From a bacterium (GTDB taxonomy: Bacteria; Actinomycetota; Acidimicrobiia; Spongiisociales; JAENVV01), in NCBI GenBank assembly GCA_024639975.1, contig JAHEFX010000003.1:1-61192 (forward strand): a stretch of 61,192 bases of DNA. The letters run 5' to 3'. The notes beneath the pieces are model-generated. The model made no database searches and had not been told where the DNA came from. It saw only the letters and a list, made by a program, of their open reading frames with translations. The position numbers and the translations under genes are program-made. Of the stretch, positions 50,887 to 60,890 are shown in pieces (position 1 is the stretch's first letter; each line of letters begins with the position of its first letter).

Positions 50887-50932
50887 GGACAGCGAGGGAT
50901 CTCACCACCAGACGCGCTCCTACCCTTTCCCC

Positions 50933-52669
50933 ATGGACGTTGCCCCGGGTCTCTCCGACTCCCGCCTCGCCAATCTGGGTTCCCGGGCCATCCACGATGG
51001 CTTCGAGGCGTACCAGAAGCGCTTCCGGATCATCACGCGGCGCGCCCGCATCCGCTTCGAGCAGCGGGATTGGGTCGGGATGCAGTCGGACACCGTCGAA
51101 CGCTTGCGCGCCTACGGCGAGGCGGTCGATCCGGTGGTCGACCAGGTCCAGGAGCTGTTGGGTGACCGATCCCAGGAGTACCTCATCTGGGGGCAGATGA
51201 AGGCCGTGTTCTCCGGCCTCATCACGGCCCGGGACGACTGGGACATCGCCGAGACCTTCTTCAACTCGATCACGAGACGGGTGTTCACGACGGTCGGCGT
51301 CGACCCCCGGGTCGAGTTCGTGGCGACGGACTTCGACCAACCGCCCACGGCCGCCGTCGGGTCCGTCTACCGCTCGTACGGGCGGACCGACGACATCGAC
51401 TCGCTGGCCGAGGCCGTCCTCGCCGACCTGCCGGTCTCGGCGGACTTCGCCGACCTGGCGGCGGACGCCGAGGCGGTGGCCGACCGGATCCGGGATCGCC
51501 TCGACCAAGCGGGTGCCGCCCGCTACATCGACCGGGTGGAGGTGCTGACGCCGGTCTTCTACCGGGGGCGGGCTGCCTACGTCGTGGGCCGGTTCACGAC
51601 CGGGTCCACGTCGTTCCCCTTGGTCCTCGCCCTCGAGCACGAGGATGAGGGCGTCGTCGTCGATGCCGTGCTGCTGCGCGAGAACGACGTGTCCATGCTC
51701 TTCTCGTTCACCCGGTCCTACTTCCACGTGGACACCGACCGGCCATTCGACGTCGTCCGGTTCATCCGCCGTGTCCTGCCGCGCAAGCGCGCCGCCGAGC
51801 TCTACATCTCGATCGGCAACAACAAGCACGGCAAGACCGAGCTCTATCGCGACCTCCTTCGTCACATGCGAGCCACGCATGACGCGTTCGAGGTCGCGCC
51901 CGGCAAGCCCGGGCTCGTGATGATCGTGTTCGGGTTCCCAGGCCACGAGGACGTCTTCAAGGTGATCCGCGACAAGCCCGGGCACCCGAAGGAAGTGACC
52001 CGCGACCAGGTGCACGAGAAGTACCGGCAGGTCTTCCTGTCCGAGCGCGGCGGCCGCCTCGTCGACGTCCAATCGTTCGAGCACCTCACCTTCCCCCGGC
52101 ACCGATTCGACCCCGACCTGCTCGACGAGCTACTCGCCGATGCCGGGGAAACCGTTTGGCTCGAAGGCGACACGGTGGTCGTCGACCAGACCTACGTGGA
52201 GCGCCGGGTAACCCCGTTGGACCTCTTCGTCCGTCAGGCCAGTCCGTCGCATGCCAAGTCTGCGGTCGTCGATTTCGGTTGGGCGATCAAGGAGCTGGCC
52301 GCCAACGACATCTTCCCGGGAGACCTCCTTCTCAAGAACTTCGGCGTCACCCGCCACGGGCGGGTGGTGTTCTACGACTACGACGAGCTCTCCACGCTGC
52401 AGGAGGTCAACTTCCGGGCGATGCCCCCGCCCCGGTCCTACGAGGACGAGATGTCGAGCGAACCGTGGTTCGCCGTCGGGGTCGGCGACGTGTTCGTCGA
52501 GGAGTTGGAGCGATTCCTGGGACTGACGGGGGAGCTGCGGGCGGCGTTCCTCGCCCACCACCGGGACCTCTTCACGACGGGCTTCTGGGAGAGCACCCAG
52601 CGCCGGCTCGCCGCCGGGGAGATGCCACCGGTCTACCCGTATCGGTCAGCGACCCGACTGGATCGGTAG
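50933..52669 (+). CDS. aceK: Isocitrate dehydrogenase kinase/phosphatase
   Basis: 578 aa, colinear with E. coli AceK as I recall it: IAETFFNSITRRVF, ELYISIGNNKHGKTELYR, VFKVIRDK, ANDIFPGDLLLKNFGVTRHGRVVFYDYDE and EPWFAVGVGDVF. Confidence 0.9.
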   Translation: MDVAPGLSDSRLANLGSRAIHDGFEAYQKRFRIITRRARIRFEQRDWVGMQSDTVERLRAYGEAVDPVVDQVQELLGDRSQEYLIWGQMKAVFSGLITARDDWDIAETFFNSITRRVFTTVGVDPRVEFVATDFDQPPTAAVGSVYRSYGRTDDIDSLAEAVLADLPVSADFADLAADAEAVADRIRDRLDQAGAARYIDRVEVLTPVFYRGRAAYVVGRFTTGSTSFPLVLALEHEDEGVVVDAVLLRENDVSMLFSFTRSYFHVDTDRPFDVVRFIRRVLPRKRAAELYISIGNNKHGKTELYRDLLRHMRATHDAFEVAPGKPGLVMIVFGFPGHEDVFKVIRDKPGHPKEVTRDQVHEKYRQVFLSERGGRLVDVQSFEHLTFPRHRFDPDLLDELLADAGETVWLEGDTVVVDQTYVERRVTPLDLFVRQASPSHAKSAVVDFGWAIKELAANDIFPGDLLLKNFGVTRHGRVVFYDYDELSTLQEVNFRAMPPPRSYEDEMSSEPWFAVGVGDVFVEELERFLGLTGELRAAFLAHHRDLFTTGFWESTQRRLAAGEMPPVYPYRSATRLDR

Positions 52670-52679
52670 TGTCGATGCC

Positions 52680-53132
52680 GTGGAAACCATCGACCGCGAA
52701 GCCGCCATGGGCGTGTTCGAACGAGGTGAGGTGGCGCACGTCGCCGTGACCGACGTCGACGGCCCCTATGTCTCGCCGGTTTCCTACGTCATCGTTGGCG
52801 ATCGGCTGTGCTTCATCACCGGCCGTGGGCGTCGTCTCCGAGCCATGAAGCACGACCCGCGGGTCTGCGTCGAGGTGACCGAGCTCTCCCATCCGGGCTG
52901 GCGATCGGCGATGATCGAGGACGAGGCAGAGGTCGTGACCAGGTCCGAGCTCCACACCGACGTGCTCCAGGCGTTGATTCGCAAGTACCAGAGCGAGGAG
53001 GACTCCCTCCTCGGCACGTCCCGCACACCGGGCCCCGACCTGACCGAGGTGGTAGCCGTCTCGATGGAGCGGGTGTCGGGGCGGTCGTCGGGCGAAGGTA
53101 GGAACCGACGAACGAGGCCGGGTCGGATGTGA
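52680..53132 (+). CDS. Pyridoxamine 5'-phosphate oxidase-like FMN-binding protein
   Basis: 150 aa, GTG start. ...GEVAHVAVTDVDGPYVSPVSYVIVGDRLCFITGRGRRLRAMKHDPRVCVEV... matches the split-barrel PNPOx/Nim-like pattern. Confidence 0.7.
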   Translation: METIDREAAMGVFERGEVAHVAVTDVDGPYVSPVSYVIVGDRLCFITGRGRRLRAMKHDPRVCVEVTELSHPGWRSAMIEDEAEVVTRSELHTDVLQALIRKYQSEEDSLLGTSRTPGPDLTEVVAVSMERVSGRSSGEGRNRRTRPGRM

Positions 53133-53572
53133 GGGGCTATTCCACGATTCTCGTTGGTGTCGACTCGGAGCCGGGTGCCGCTCCCGCGCTCAGCCGTGCG
53201 GTCGACATCGCACGCGGCTCGGATGCCGAACTGCACGTCGCGCACGCCGTCTACATCCCGCCGTCGTGGTGGGGGGCCGGTCCGACGGCGGGGATAGACG
53301 TCTCCCACCTCCAGGAGGCCAGCGCAGAATCGCTTTGGGAGATCGTCGAGGAGGAGCTGGGCAAGCACCCCGATCTCGTGGTGCACCGCCACCGGCTCGA
53401 GGGCCACCCGCCGGACGCCCTCCTGGACCTCGGCGAGACGATCGGTGCCGACCTCATCGTCATCGGCAGCCATGGACGGGGCGAGGTTGCCTCATTCCTG
53501 CTCGGCTCGACCGGTCATCGCATCCTGGCCCACTCGGGCGCCGACGTCCTGGTGGTCAAACACGGTCCGTAG
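53129..53572 (+). CDS. Universal stress protein (UspA family)
   Basis: GTG overlaps the previous stop. ILVGVDSEPGA...ADLIVIGSHGRGEVASFLLGSTGHRILAHSGADVLVV. Confidence 0.85.
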   Translation: MRGYSTILVGVDSEPGAAPALSRAVDIARGSDAELHVAHAVYIPPSWWGAGPTAGIDVSHLQEASAESLWEIVEEELGKHPDLVVHRHRLEGHPPDALLDLGETIGADLIVIGSHGRGEVASFLLGSTGHRILAHSGADVLVVKHGP

Positions 53573-55481
53573 AGGCGGGCGGCTCGTCGAGCAGGATCTG
53601 TGACCCCAACTCGACTACGGCGTCGGCAGGCAGTTGGTAGTACCGGGCAGCGCTTGCGGCGTTCCGGTGCATGGTCGCGAAGAGGTGCTCCCACCAACCG
53701 GGCACCCCCCGGTGCGTTGGGACGACCGTTTCCCGCCCGAGCACGTACGTCGCTTCCGTCGGGTCGAAACCGAATGACCGGTGCACGATCTCGGCCAGTG
53801 CCGTTGGAACGTCCGGTTCCTCGAAGAACCCGAACTGGAGCACGACCTGGAAGAAGCCATGGTCGAGGTCGTGGACCGTGGCTCGTCGCGCCTTCGGTAC
53901 CCGGGGGACCGGCAGGGTCCGAACGTTGGTGAGAACGATCGTTCGATGGATGACCCGGCTCAGCCGCAAGCTGGAGAGCAGAGCCGGGGGACTGTGTCGG
54001 ATGTCCGCGGTCATGTAGACGGCCGTCCCGGGAACCCGTTCGAGGTCGTGCTCGACCAGCGAACCGATGAGCCGTTCGACCGGCAAGCCATGCCCGGCCC
54101 GCCGTCCGACCAGCAGGACTCGCCCGCGACGCCAGGTCACCATTGCGCCGAAGACGAGGAAGCCAATTGCCAGCGGGAGCCAACCGCCCGCGGGGATCTT
54201 GACGATGTTGGCGGCGAAGAAGGCCAGGTCGATGGCCAGGAAGATCCCCGTCGCCCCAGCGGCGGCCCACAGTGGCCAACCCCATCTGCGGCGCATCACG
54301 GCGAACAGGAGAACGGCGGTGATCACCATGGTCGTCGTCACGGCGACGCCGTAGGCGGCGGCCAGCCTCGTCGATTCCCCGAACGCGATGACCAGCGTGA
54401 CGCAGGCTGCCATGAGGGCCCAGTTGAGAGAACCGATGTAGACCTGTCCGAACTCACGGTCCGATGTGTGCTCCATCGACATCCTCGGTAGGTAGTCGAG
54501 TTGCATCGCCTGGGCGGTGAGCGAGAACGCGCCCGAGATCAGCGCCTGGGAGGCGATCACCGTCGCCATGGTCGCCAACACGACCATCGGGACGACCGCC
54601 CACGAAGGAGGCATCCGGTAGAAGGGGTTGTCGATTGCGGACGGATCCTGGATCAGTAGCGCCCCCTGCCCGAGGTAGTTGAGGAGTAGGGATGGGAACA
54701 CGATTGTGAACCAGCCGAGGCGTATGGGGCCGGCACCGAAGTGGCCCATGTCTGCGTAGAGGGCCTCGCTGCCGGTGACGACGAGGAAGACGGCGCCCAG
54801 CGCGAGGAAGGCAAGGCGTGGCTGGGCAACCAGGAAGGCCGCGGCATGGGTCGGAGCCAGGGCTGACAGCACATGGGGCTCGAGGAGGATCTCATGGATG
54901 CCCAGCACGGCCAGCGTGAGGAACCAGACCGCCATGACCGGGCCGAAGACCCGGCCGATGGCGGCCGTTCCCTTCGACTGGATCGCAAAGAGTGCGACGA
55001 GGATGCCGATGGCGATCGGGACGACCCAGTTGCCGACGTCCGGGGCGGCGACCTGCAGGCCCTCGACCGCCGACAGCACCGATATCGCCGGCGTGATCAT
55101 TCCGTCCCCATACAGCAGGGCGGTGCCGAACAGCCCCAGGGCGATCGCCCCACGCCTCAGGCGCGGCCGGGACGTCCGGCCCGTGGTGGCGAGGGTCATC
55201 AGGGCCAGGATGCCGCCTTCGCCATCGTTGTCAGCCCGCATGACGATGGCGATGTACTTGATCGACACGATGGTGACGAGAGCCCAAACCATCAAGGAGA
55301 GGATCCCGAGGACGGATGCCTCCTCGACGGCGAGTCCATCGGCGGCGCTGAAAGCCTCCCGGAACGCGTACAGGGGACTCGTTCCGATGTCGCCGTAGAC
55401 CACGCCGAGTGCCCCGAACGACAGGAGGACCAGATACCGCCCCCGCGGGGTTGTTGCCGATTCCGTCATCGTCGGTCGCAT
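53556..55481 (-). CDS. kup: KUP/HAK/KT potassium transporter
   Basis: Start at ATG 55481 or 55469 (MRPTMTESATTPRGRYLVLLSFGALGVVYGDIGTSPLYAF...). About 12 TM segments plus a cytoplasmic C-domain. The 1091-aa track ORF is a run-on antisense to moaA. Confidence 0.9.
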   Translation of the reverse strand: MRPTMTESATTPRGRYLVLLSFGALGVVYGDIGTSPLYAFREAFSAADGLAVEEASVLGILSLMVWALVTIVSIKYIAIVMRADNDGEGGILALMTLATTGRTSRPRLRRGAIALGLFGTALLYGDGMITPAISVLSAVEGLQVAAPDVGNWVVPIAIGILVALFAIQSKGTAAIGRVFGPVMAVWFLTLAVLGIHEILLEPHVLSALAPTHAAAFLVAQPRLAFLALGAVFLVVTGSEALYADMGHFGAGPIRLGWFTIVFPSLLLNYLGQGALLIQDPSAIDNPFYRMPPSWAVVPMVVLATMATVIASQALISGAFSLTAQAMQLDYLPRMSMEHTSDREFGQVYIGSLNWALMAACVTLVIAFGESTRLAAAYGVAVTTTMVITAVLLFAVMRRRWGWPLWAAAGATGIFLAIDLAFFAANIVKIPAGGWLPLAIGFLVFGAMVTWRRGRVLLVGRRAGHGLPVERLIGSLVEHDLERVPGTAVYMTADIRHSPPALLSSLRLSRVIHRTIVLTNVRTLPVPRVPKARRATVHDLDHGFFQVVLQFGFFEEPDVPTALAEIVHRSFGFDPTEATYVLGRETVVPTHRGVPGWWEHLFATMHRNAASAARYYQLPADAVVELGSQILLDEPPASTDRV

Positions 55482-55556
55482 TGTGCACGGCCTGTCTCGA
55501 GGTTGGCGCCATCTGTGGCGCGGCGGTCGAGCAGATCGACGGATACGCTGGCCGTG

Positions 55557-56564
55557 ATGGATCCCCGCGACACCTTGGGTCGGCCGCTCCGTGACCTGCG
55601 CATATCGGTCACGGACCGCTGCAACTTCCGCTGTGGGTACTGCATGCCCAGAGAGGTCTTCGGGTCCGACTACGCCTTCCTCTCCCGGGCCGAACACCTC
55701 ACCTACGAGGAGATCACGCGGGTTGCGACGGTCGCGGCGGGCCTCGGTGTCAACAAGCTCCGACTGACCGGTGGTGAGCCACTGCTGCGCCGGGACCTGC
55801 CGACGCTGATCGGGATGCTCGATGGGGTCGATGGGGTCGACGACCTCACCTTGACCACGAACGGGGTCTTCCTCCCCAAACAGGCGCAGTCGCTCGCCGA
55901 CGCAGGACTGCGGCGCATCACCGTCTCGCTGGACTCCATCGACCCGGAGGCGTTCGGGTCGATGACCGACACGGACCACGCACCCGAGGACGTGCTCGCC
56001 GGTATCGACGCCGCCGCCGAGGCGGGGCTCGCACCGATCAAGGTCAACGCCGTCGTCCAACGCGGCCTGAACGACCACCTCGTCCTCGACCTCGCCGAGC
56101 GCTTCCGGGGGACCGGGATCCAGGTGCGGTTCATCGAGTTCATGGATGTCGGCACGACCAATGGCTGGGCCCTCGAACGGGTGGTGCCGTCGGCCGAACT
56201 GGTCGCAGCGATCTCGGACCGCTGGCCGCTCGAGCCGGTCGAGCCGACGGTCCGGGGTGAGACCGCCCGCCGCTGGCGGTACACGGACGGCTCCGGCGAG
56301 GTCGGCTTCATCAGCTCGGTGACCGAGCCCTTCTGTGCCGACTGCACTCGGCTTCGTCTCAGCGCCGAGGGCAAGCTCTACACCTGCCTGTTCGGCTCGA
56401 CCGGTCTCGACCTGCGAGGACCCCTGCGGGATGGGGCGACCGACGAGGACCTCGTCGACCTCATCGCCGGCCTTTGGGAGTCCCGTGCCGACCGGTACTC
56501 CGAGGAACGGGCCGAGGGCACGGCGGGTTGGGACCGCGTCGAGATGTCCTACATCGGCGGCTGA
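55557..56564 (+). CDS. moaA: GTP 3',8-cyclase (molybdenum cofactor biosynthesis protein A)
   Basis: ATG 55557. LRISVTDRCNFRCGYCMP radical-SAM motif, LRLTGGEPLLR, and C-terminal FCADCTRLRLSAEGKLYTCLF. Confidence 0.9.
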   Translation: MDPRDTLGRPLRDLRISVTDRCNFRCGYCMPREVFGSDYAFLSRAEHLTYEEITRVATVAAGLGVNKLRLTGGEPLLRRDLPTLIGMLDGVDGVDDLTLTTNGVFLPKQAQSLADAGLRRITVSLDSIDPEAFGSMTDTDHAPEDVLAGIDAAAEAGLAPIKVNAVVQRGLNDHLVLDLAERFRGTGIQVRFIEFMDVGTTNGWALERVVPSAELVAAISDRWPLEPVEPTVRGETARRWRYTDGSGEVGFISSVTEPFCADCTRLRLSAEGKLYTCLFGSTGLDLRGPLRDGATDEDLVDLIAGLWESRADRYSEERAEGTAGWDRVEMSYIGG

Positions 56565-56717
56565 CCCCACGAACCCGGGGTTCCCACCTACCGCTCGAAC
56601 GGCTTCTGCGGGCCCCCACCTACCGCAGCGGTAGTCCGTGGCCCTCGGTTCGACCCCGGATGGAGCCGAGCTGGACGAGAACCCCGGCCCCGTGTCGCCT
56701 ACACTCGCTGCGCCGAC

Positions 56718-56885
56718 GAATCCTGTGGAAGAGCCGCCTTCGAGGCGGCGCCGAAGGAGCAACGACCCGGAACCTCTCAGGCACCCGGACCGCAGGACGA
56801 GGCAAGGCTGGAGAGCGGTCATACGGCCCACCGACGGGGAAAGCGCCCAAGCGCCAATCTCTCAGGTCCAAGGGACAGCCGGGCG
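56718..56885 (+). promoter_or_regulatory. Tandem glycine riboswitch
   Basis: Aptamer 1: GTGGAAGAG...GCGCCGAAGGAGCAA...CTCTCAGGCACCCGGACCGCAG (about 56724-56796). Aptamer 2: CTGGAGAG...CCCACCGACGGGGAAAG...TCTCTCAGGTCCAAGGGACAGC (about 56808-56879). Both match the GGAGAG / CCGAAGGGGCAA / CTCAGGCAAAAGGAC consensus, and the element lies directly upstream of gcvT. Confidence 0.85.
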
Positions 56886-56906
56886 CAACCAAGAGAGGCG
56901 CGCACC

Positions 56907-58004
56907 GTGACAGAACTGCTCCATACCCCACTCCACGAACTCCACTCCGAGCTCGGTGCCCGTTTCGCGCCCTTCGCCGGATACGACATGCCGCTCCGGT
57001 ACGAAGCGGGCGCAGTGGCCGAACACAACTGGACCCGAGCCTCGGCCGGGCTCTTCGACGTCTCGCACATGGGCGTCCTCGAGGTCATCGGAGCCGATGC
57101 CGCCGTCGCCCTCGAGACGGTCGTCCCCTCCGACCTTGCGGGCCTCTCCCCGGGCACCTCCCGCTACACCGTGCTGCCCAACGACGACGGGGGAATCCGA
57201 GACGACCTCATCGTCACGAGGCTCGACGACGACACTTTCCAGTTGGTGGTCAACGCCGCGACCAAGGATGCCGACCGGGCCCACCTCGCCGACCGGGTCG
57301 GCGATCGGGTCCGCATCGACGGTTTCCTCGACGTCGGGATCATCGCCGTCCAGGGCCCGGCTGCCGTCCATGTGCTCGCCGCCCACGCCCCGGCGATCGG
57401 GGCGATGGTCTTCGGCGAGCAGGTCAACTTCCCGATCGCCGGGGTCTGCTGTCGGGTTTCCCGTTCCGGCTACACCGGCGAGGACGGCTTCGAGCTGATC
57501 GTGCCGGCCGATCGCCTCGCCGCCGTGGCCGGCGCCCTCCTCGCCGACGAACGGGTCGCTCCGGCCGGGCTCGGTGCCCGTGACTCGCTGCGCCTCGAGG
57601 CCGGCCTCTGCCTCTATGGCTCGGACCTCGACGAGACGACGTCACCCGTGGAAGCAGGTCTCCGCTGGGTCATCCAGAAGCGGCGCCGGGAAGAGGGCGG
57701 CTTCCCGGGGGAGCAACGCATCCTGGGCGAGCTCGCCGACGGTCCCGGCCGACGTCGGGTCGGGCTGGCGCCCACCGGACGCCGGCCGGTTCGGCCCGGC
57801 ACCGTGCTCCTCGTCGACGGCGAGGAAGTCGGGGTCGTCACCTCCGGTACGTACGGGCCCACCGCCGACGCCCCTGTCGCCATGGGCTACGTGACCTCCG
57901 GACACCACCAGGTGGGCACGGAACTCGTTGCCGCCCAGCGGGGACGCGAAGAGCCCGTGGCCGTCGCCACCCTGCCATTCGTCCCCCACCGCTACGTCCG
58001 CTAG
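56907..58004 (+). CDS. gcvT: Glycine cleavage system aminomethyltransferase (T protein)
   Basis: 365 aa, GTG start after AAGAGAGG. TPLHELHSELGARFAPFAGYDMPLRY, LFDVSHMG and SRSGYTGEDGFEL motifs. Confidence 0.9.
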   Translation: MTELLHTPLHELHSELGARFAPFAGYDMPLRYEAGAVAEHNWTRASAGLFDVSHMGVLEVIGADAAVALETVVPSDLAGLSPGTSRYTVLPNDDGGIRDDLIVTRLDDDTFQLVVNAATKDADRAHLADRVGDRVRIDGFLDVGIIAVQGPAAVHVLAAHAPAIGAMVFGEQVNFPIAGVCCRVSRSGYTGEDGFELIVPADRLAAVAGALLADERVAPAGLGARDSLRLEAGLCLYGSDLDETTSPVEAGLRWVIQKRRREEGGFPGEQRILGELADGPGRRRVGLAPTGRRPVRPGTVLLVDGEEVGVVTSGTYGPTADAPVAMGYVTSGHHQVGTELVAAQRGREEPVAVATLPFVPHRYVR

Positions 58005-58013
58005 GAGAGACCC

Positions 58014-60806
58014 ATGACGCCTTTCGTGAACCGCCACCTGGGTCCGAGCCCCGACGAGATCGCCCACATGTGTGCGGCCCTCGGCGTCGCCGACCTCGCC
58101 GAGCTCATCGACCGAACGGTCCCTGCCGCCATCCGGGACGACTCGCTCGAGCTCCCGGCAGCCGTGGACGAGCTGGTTGCTGCAGCCGAGCTCAAGGGCG
58201 TCGCCGCGTCGAACGACGTCGGTACCAGCCTCATCGGGATGGGGTACCACGGGACGATCACCCCGGGCGTGATCCGCCGTCGGATCCTCGAGAACCCGGC
58301 CTGGTACACGGCCTACACGCCCTACCAGCCGGAGATCTCCCAGGGTCGACTCGAGATGCTCGTGAACTTCCAGACGATGGTCTCCGACCTGGTCGGCATG
58401 CCGATCACGAACGCCAGCCTCCTCGACGAGGGAACGGCGGTCGCCGAGGCGATGACGCTGATGCACCGACAGACCCGGGGCAAGCGCGGCGACCGGATCC
58501 TCGTCGATGCCGAGTCCCATCCCCAGACCATCGCCGTCGTCGAGACCCGAGCCGAACCGCTCGGCCTCGAGGTCGTCGTGGGCGACCCGTCCGAGGTCGA
58601 CGACAGCTACTTCGGCGTCTTCATCCAGCACCCGGCCACCGGAGGACGCCTTCGGGACTTGCGCCCGATCATCGAACGGGCGCACGAGGCAGGCGCCCTG
58701 GTGACCGTCGCCGCCGACCTTCTCGCCTGCACTCTCGTCGAACCCCCCGGAGAGGCCGGCGCCGACGTGGTCGTCGGCTCGTCCCAGCGGTTCGGCGTCC
58801 CCATGGGCTTCGGCGGGCCCCACGCAGCCTTCATGTCGGTCCGCGAGGAGGCCAAGCGCTCCCTACCCGGTCGCCTGGTCGGCGCTTCCATCGACACCGG
58901 TGGTCGAACCGGCTACCGCCTGGCGCTCGCCACTCGCGAGCAGCACATCCGTCGGGAGAAGGCAACCTCCAACATCTGCACGGCGCAGGTCCTGCTCGCC
59001 GTGATCGCCGCGGCCTACGCCCAGTACCACGGGCCCGACGGGCTCCGCTCGATCGCCGAAGACGTGCACCGGTCCGCTGCCCGGGTCGCCGCCGGGCTCG
59101 TCGCCGCCGGATTCGAGCTGGAGTCGGACACCTTCTTCGACACGCTGACGGTCAAGGTGCCCGGACGAGCCGATCGGTTGATGGCCGAGGCGCGTGCTTT
59201 CGGTCTCGACCTCCGGCACCACGACGACGACACGGTCGGCATGGCCTTCGACGAGACCACGACCGACGAGACCCTCGAACGGGTCTCCGAAGCCTTCGGC
59301 TTCTCCCTTCCCGGCGACGGGCAGTCCGGGATCCCCGAGTCGCTCCGTCGAACCACCGACTACCTGACCCACCCGTCGTTCAACCTCTACCACTCCGAGA
59401 CCGAGCTCCTGCGGTACGTGCGCTCGCGATCGGACAAGGACATCGCCCTCGACCGGGCGATGATCCCCCTCGGCTCCTGCACCATGAAGCTGAACGCAGC
59501 GGCCGCGATGGAGCCGATCTCGTGGCCGGCGTTCGCCGACCTCCACCCCTTCGGTCCCGGCGACCGGGCCGAGGGCTACGACCGGCTCGTGTTCCAACTG
59601 GAGGACTGGCTCGCCGAGATCACCGGCTACGACGCCGTCTCGTTGCAGCCCAACTCGGGCGCACAGGGCGAGTACGCCGGCCTCCTCGCCATTCGGGCCT
59701 ACCACGAGAGCCGCGGCGAGGGCGACCGGGATCTGTGCCTCATCCCGGCCTCGGCCCACGGGACGAATCCCGCGTCGGCGGCGATGGCCGGGCTGGGTGT
59801 CGTGGTCGTCAAGACGGACGAGGACGGCAACATCGACGTCGGCGACCTGACCGGGAAGCTCGCCGAGCACGGGCCCCGAGTGGCCGCGCTCATGGTCACC
59901 TACCCCTCGACGCATGGTGTCTTCGAGGAATCGATAGTCGAGGTCTGTGACCTGGTCCACGACGCGGGCGGACAGGTCTACCTGGACGGCGCCAACCTCA
60001 ATGCCATGGTCGGCATCGCCAAGCCCGGGAAGTTCGGTGCCGACGTCTCGCACCTGAACCTGCACAAGACCTTCACGATCCCCCACGGCGGTGGTGGCCC
60101 GGGGATCGGCCCGATCGGTGTCGGTGCCCACCTCGCACCGTTCCTGCCGGGCAAGGGAGTCGTTGGTCCGGTCGCATCGGCCCCACAGGGCTCGGCCGGG
60201 ATCCTCCCGATTCCCTGGATGTACCTGCGGATGATGGGTCCCGACGGCCTGCGGCGTGCCAGCGAGGTGGCGATCCTCTCGGCCAACTACATCGCTTCCC
60301 GCCTCGAGGACGTCTACCCGGTCCTCTACCGGGGCAGCAACGGTTTCGTCGCCCACGAATGCATCATCGACCTGCGACAGATGACGGCCGACACCGGGGT
60401 AACGGTCGACGATGTGGCGAAGCGACTCGTCGACTACGGCTTCCACGCCCCCACGATGAGCTTCCCCGTGGCCGGCACGTTGATGATCGAGCCGACCGAG
60501 TCGGAATCGCTCGTCGAGCTCGATCGGTTCTGTGACGCCATGATCCAGATCCGGGCGGAGATCGCCGAGGTCGAGTCAGGGGCGGTCCCGATCGAGGACT
60601 CGGTTCTGCGCAATGCCCCCCACACCGCCGAGGACCTGCTCCGAAGCGACTGGGACCGGCCGTACTCGCGCGAGGACGCCGCCTACCCCCTCGCCGGGCT
60701 CCGGACCGACAAGTACTGGCCGCCGGTCAGCCGGATCGACCAGGGGTACGGCGACCGCAACCTCGTCTGCACCTGCCCACCCATCGAGGCATACGAAACC
60801 CCTTGA
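58014..60806 (+). CDS. gcvP: Glycine dehydrogenase (decarboxylating), single-chain P protein
   Basis: 930 aa. [34 protein letters not shown] and the PLP-lysine region [19 protein letters not shown]. Confidence 0.95.
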   Translation: MTPFVNRHLGPSPDEIAHMCAALGVADLAELIDRTVPAAIRDDSLELPAAVDELVAAAELKGVAASNDVGTSLIGMGYHGTITPGVIRRRILENPAWYTAYTPYQPEISQGRLEMLVNFQTMVSDLVGMPITNASLLDEGTAVAEAMTLMHRQTRGKRGDRILVDAESHPQTIAVVETRAEPLGLEVVVGDPSEVDDSYFGVFIQHPATGGRLRDLRPIIERAHEAGALVTVAADLLACTLVEPPGEAGADVVVGSSQRFGVPMGFGGPHAAFMSVREEAKRSLPGRLVGASIDTGGRTGYRLALATREQHIRREKATSNICTAQVLLAVIAAAYAQYHGPDGLRSIAEDVHRSAARVAAGLVAAGFELESDTFFDTLTVKVPGRADRLMAEARAFGLDLRHHDDDTVGMAFDETTTDETLERVSEAFGFSLPGDGQSGIPESLRRTTDYLTHPSFNLYHSETELLRYVRSRSDKDIALDRAMIPLGSCTMKLNAAAAMEPISWPAFADLHPFGPGDRAEGYDRLVFQLEDWLAEITGYDAVSLQPNSGAQGEYAGLLAIRAYHESRGEGDRDLCLIPASAHGTNPASAAMAGLGVVVVKTDEDGNIDVGDLTGKLAEHGPRVAALMVTYPSTHGVFEESIVEVCDLVHDAGGQVYLDGANLNAMVGIAKPGKFGADVSHLNLHKTFTIPHGGGGPGIGPIGVGAHLAPFLPGKGVVGPVASAPQGSAGILPIPWMYLRMMGPDGLRRASEVAILSANYIASRLEDVYPVLYRGSNGFVAHECIIDLRQMTADTGVTVDDVAKRLVDYGFHAPTMSFPVAGTLMIEPTESESLVELDRFCDAMIQIRAEIAEVESGAVPIEDSVLRNAPHTAEDLLRSDWDRPYSREDAAYPLAGLRTDKYWPPVSRIDQGYGDRNLVCTCPPIEAYETP

Positions 60807-60854
60807 CGGCCCAAAAGGGGGTCGGTACGGTGCCGGTACCACCAACCACCACCG

Positions 60855-60881
60855 AAACGCCGCCCCCTCCGGGCGGCGTTT
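60855..60881. terminator. Intrinsic terminator between convergent gcvP and the YdeI-like gene
   Basis: AAACGCCGCCC (60855-60865), loop CCTCC, GGGCGGCGTTT (60871-60881), followed by CTTCTT. A-rich before and T-rich after, so it could act in both directions. Confidence 0.75.
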
Positions 60882-60890
60882 CTTCTTGCC

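Noticed and set aside
55482-55556. A Moco riboswitch upstream of moaA, or a c-di-AMP (ydaO-type) riboswitch upstream of kup.
   Set aside because: The divergent spacer is only 75 nt, too short for either element, and I saw no matching conserved cores.
50397-56564. A possible tRNA-associated genomic island (ABM, aceK, PNPOx, usp, kup, moaA) downstream of the tRNA.
   Set aside because: There is no integrase, no direct repeat of the tRNA 3' end and no visible compositional shift. The only partial match to the T-arm (TTCGAGTCCC at 43442-43451) is 10 nt long, lies inside mazG coding sequence, and is consistent with chance.
53556-56831. A 1091-aa ORF on the minus strand. Similar cases are the 596-aa ORF 30321-32111(-), the 537-aa ORF 50489-52102(-), and several plus-strand ORFs that begin far upstream of the conserved domain (7693, 14688, 15803, 18267, 22779, 33385, 43354, 46371, 54873).
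   Set aside because: Only the C-terminal portions match real families (Kup, NUDIX, ABM and so on). The upstream extensions overlap neighbouring genes and are compositionally artefactual. I chose internal ATG/GTG starts at the operon junctions instead.
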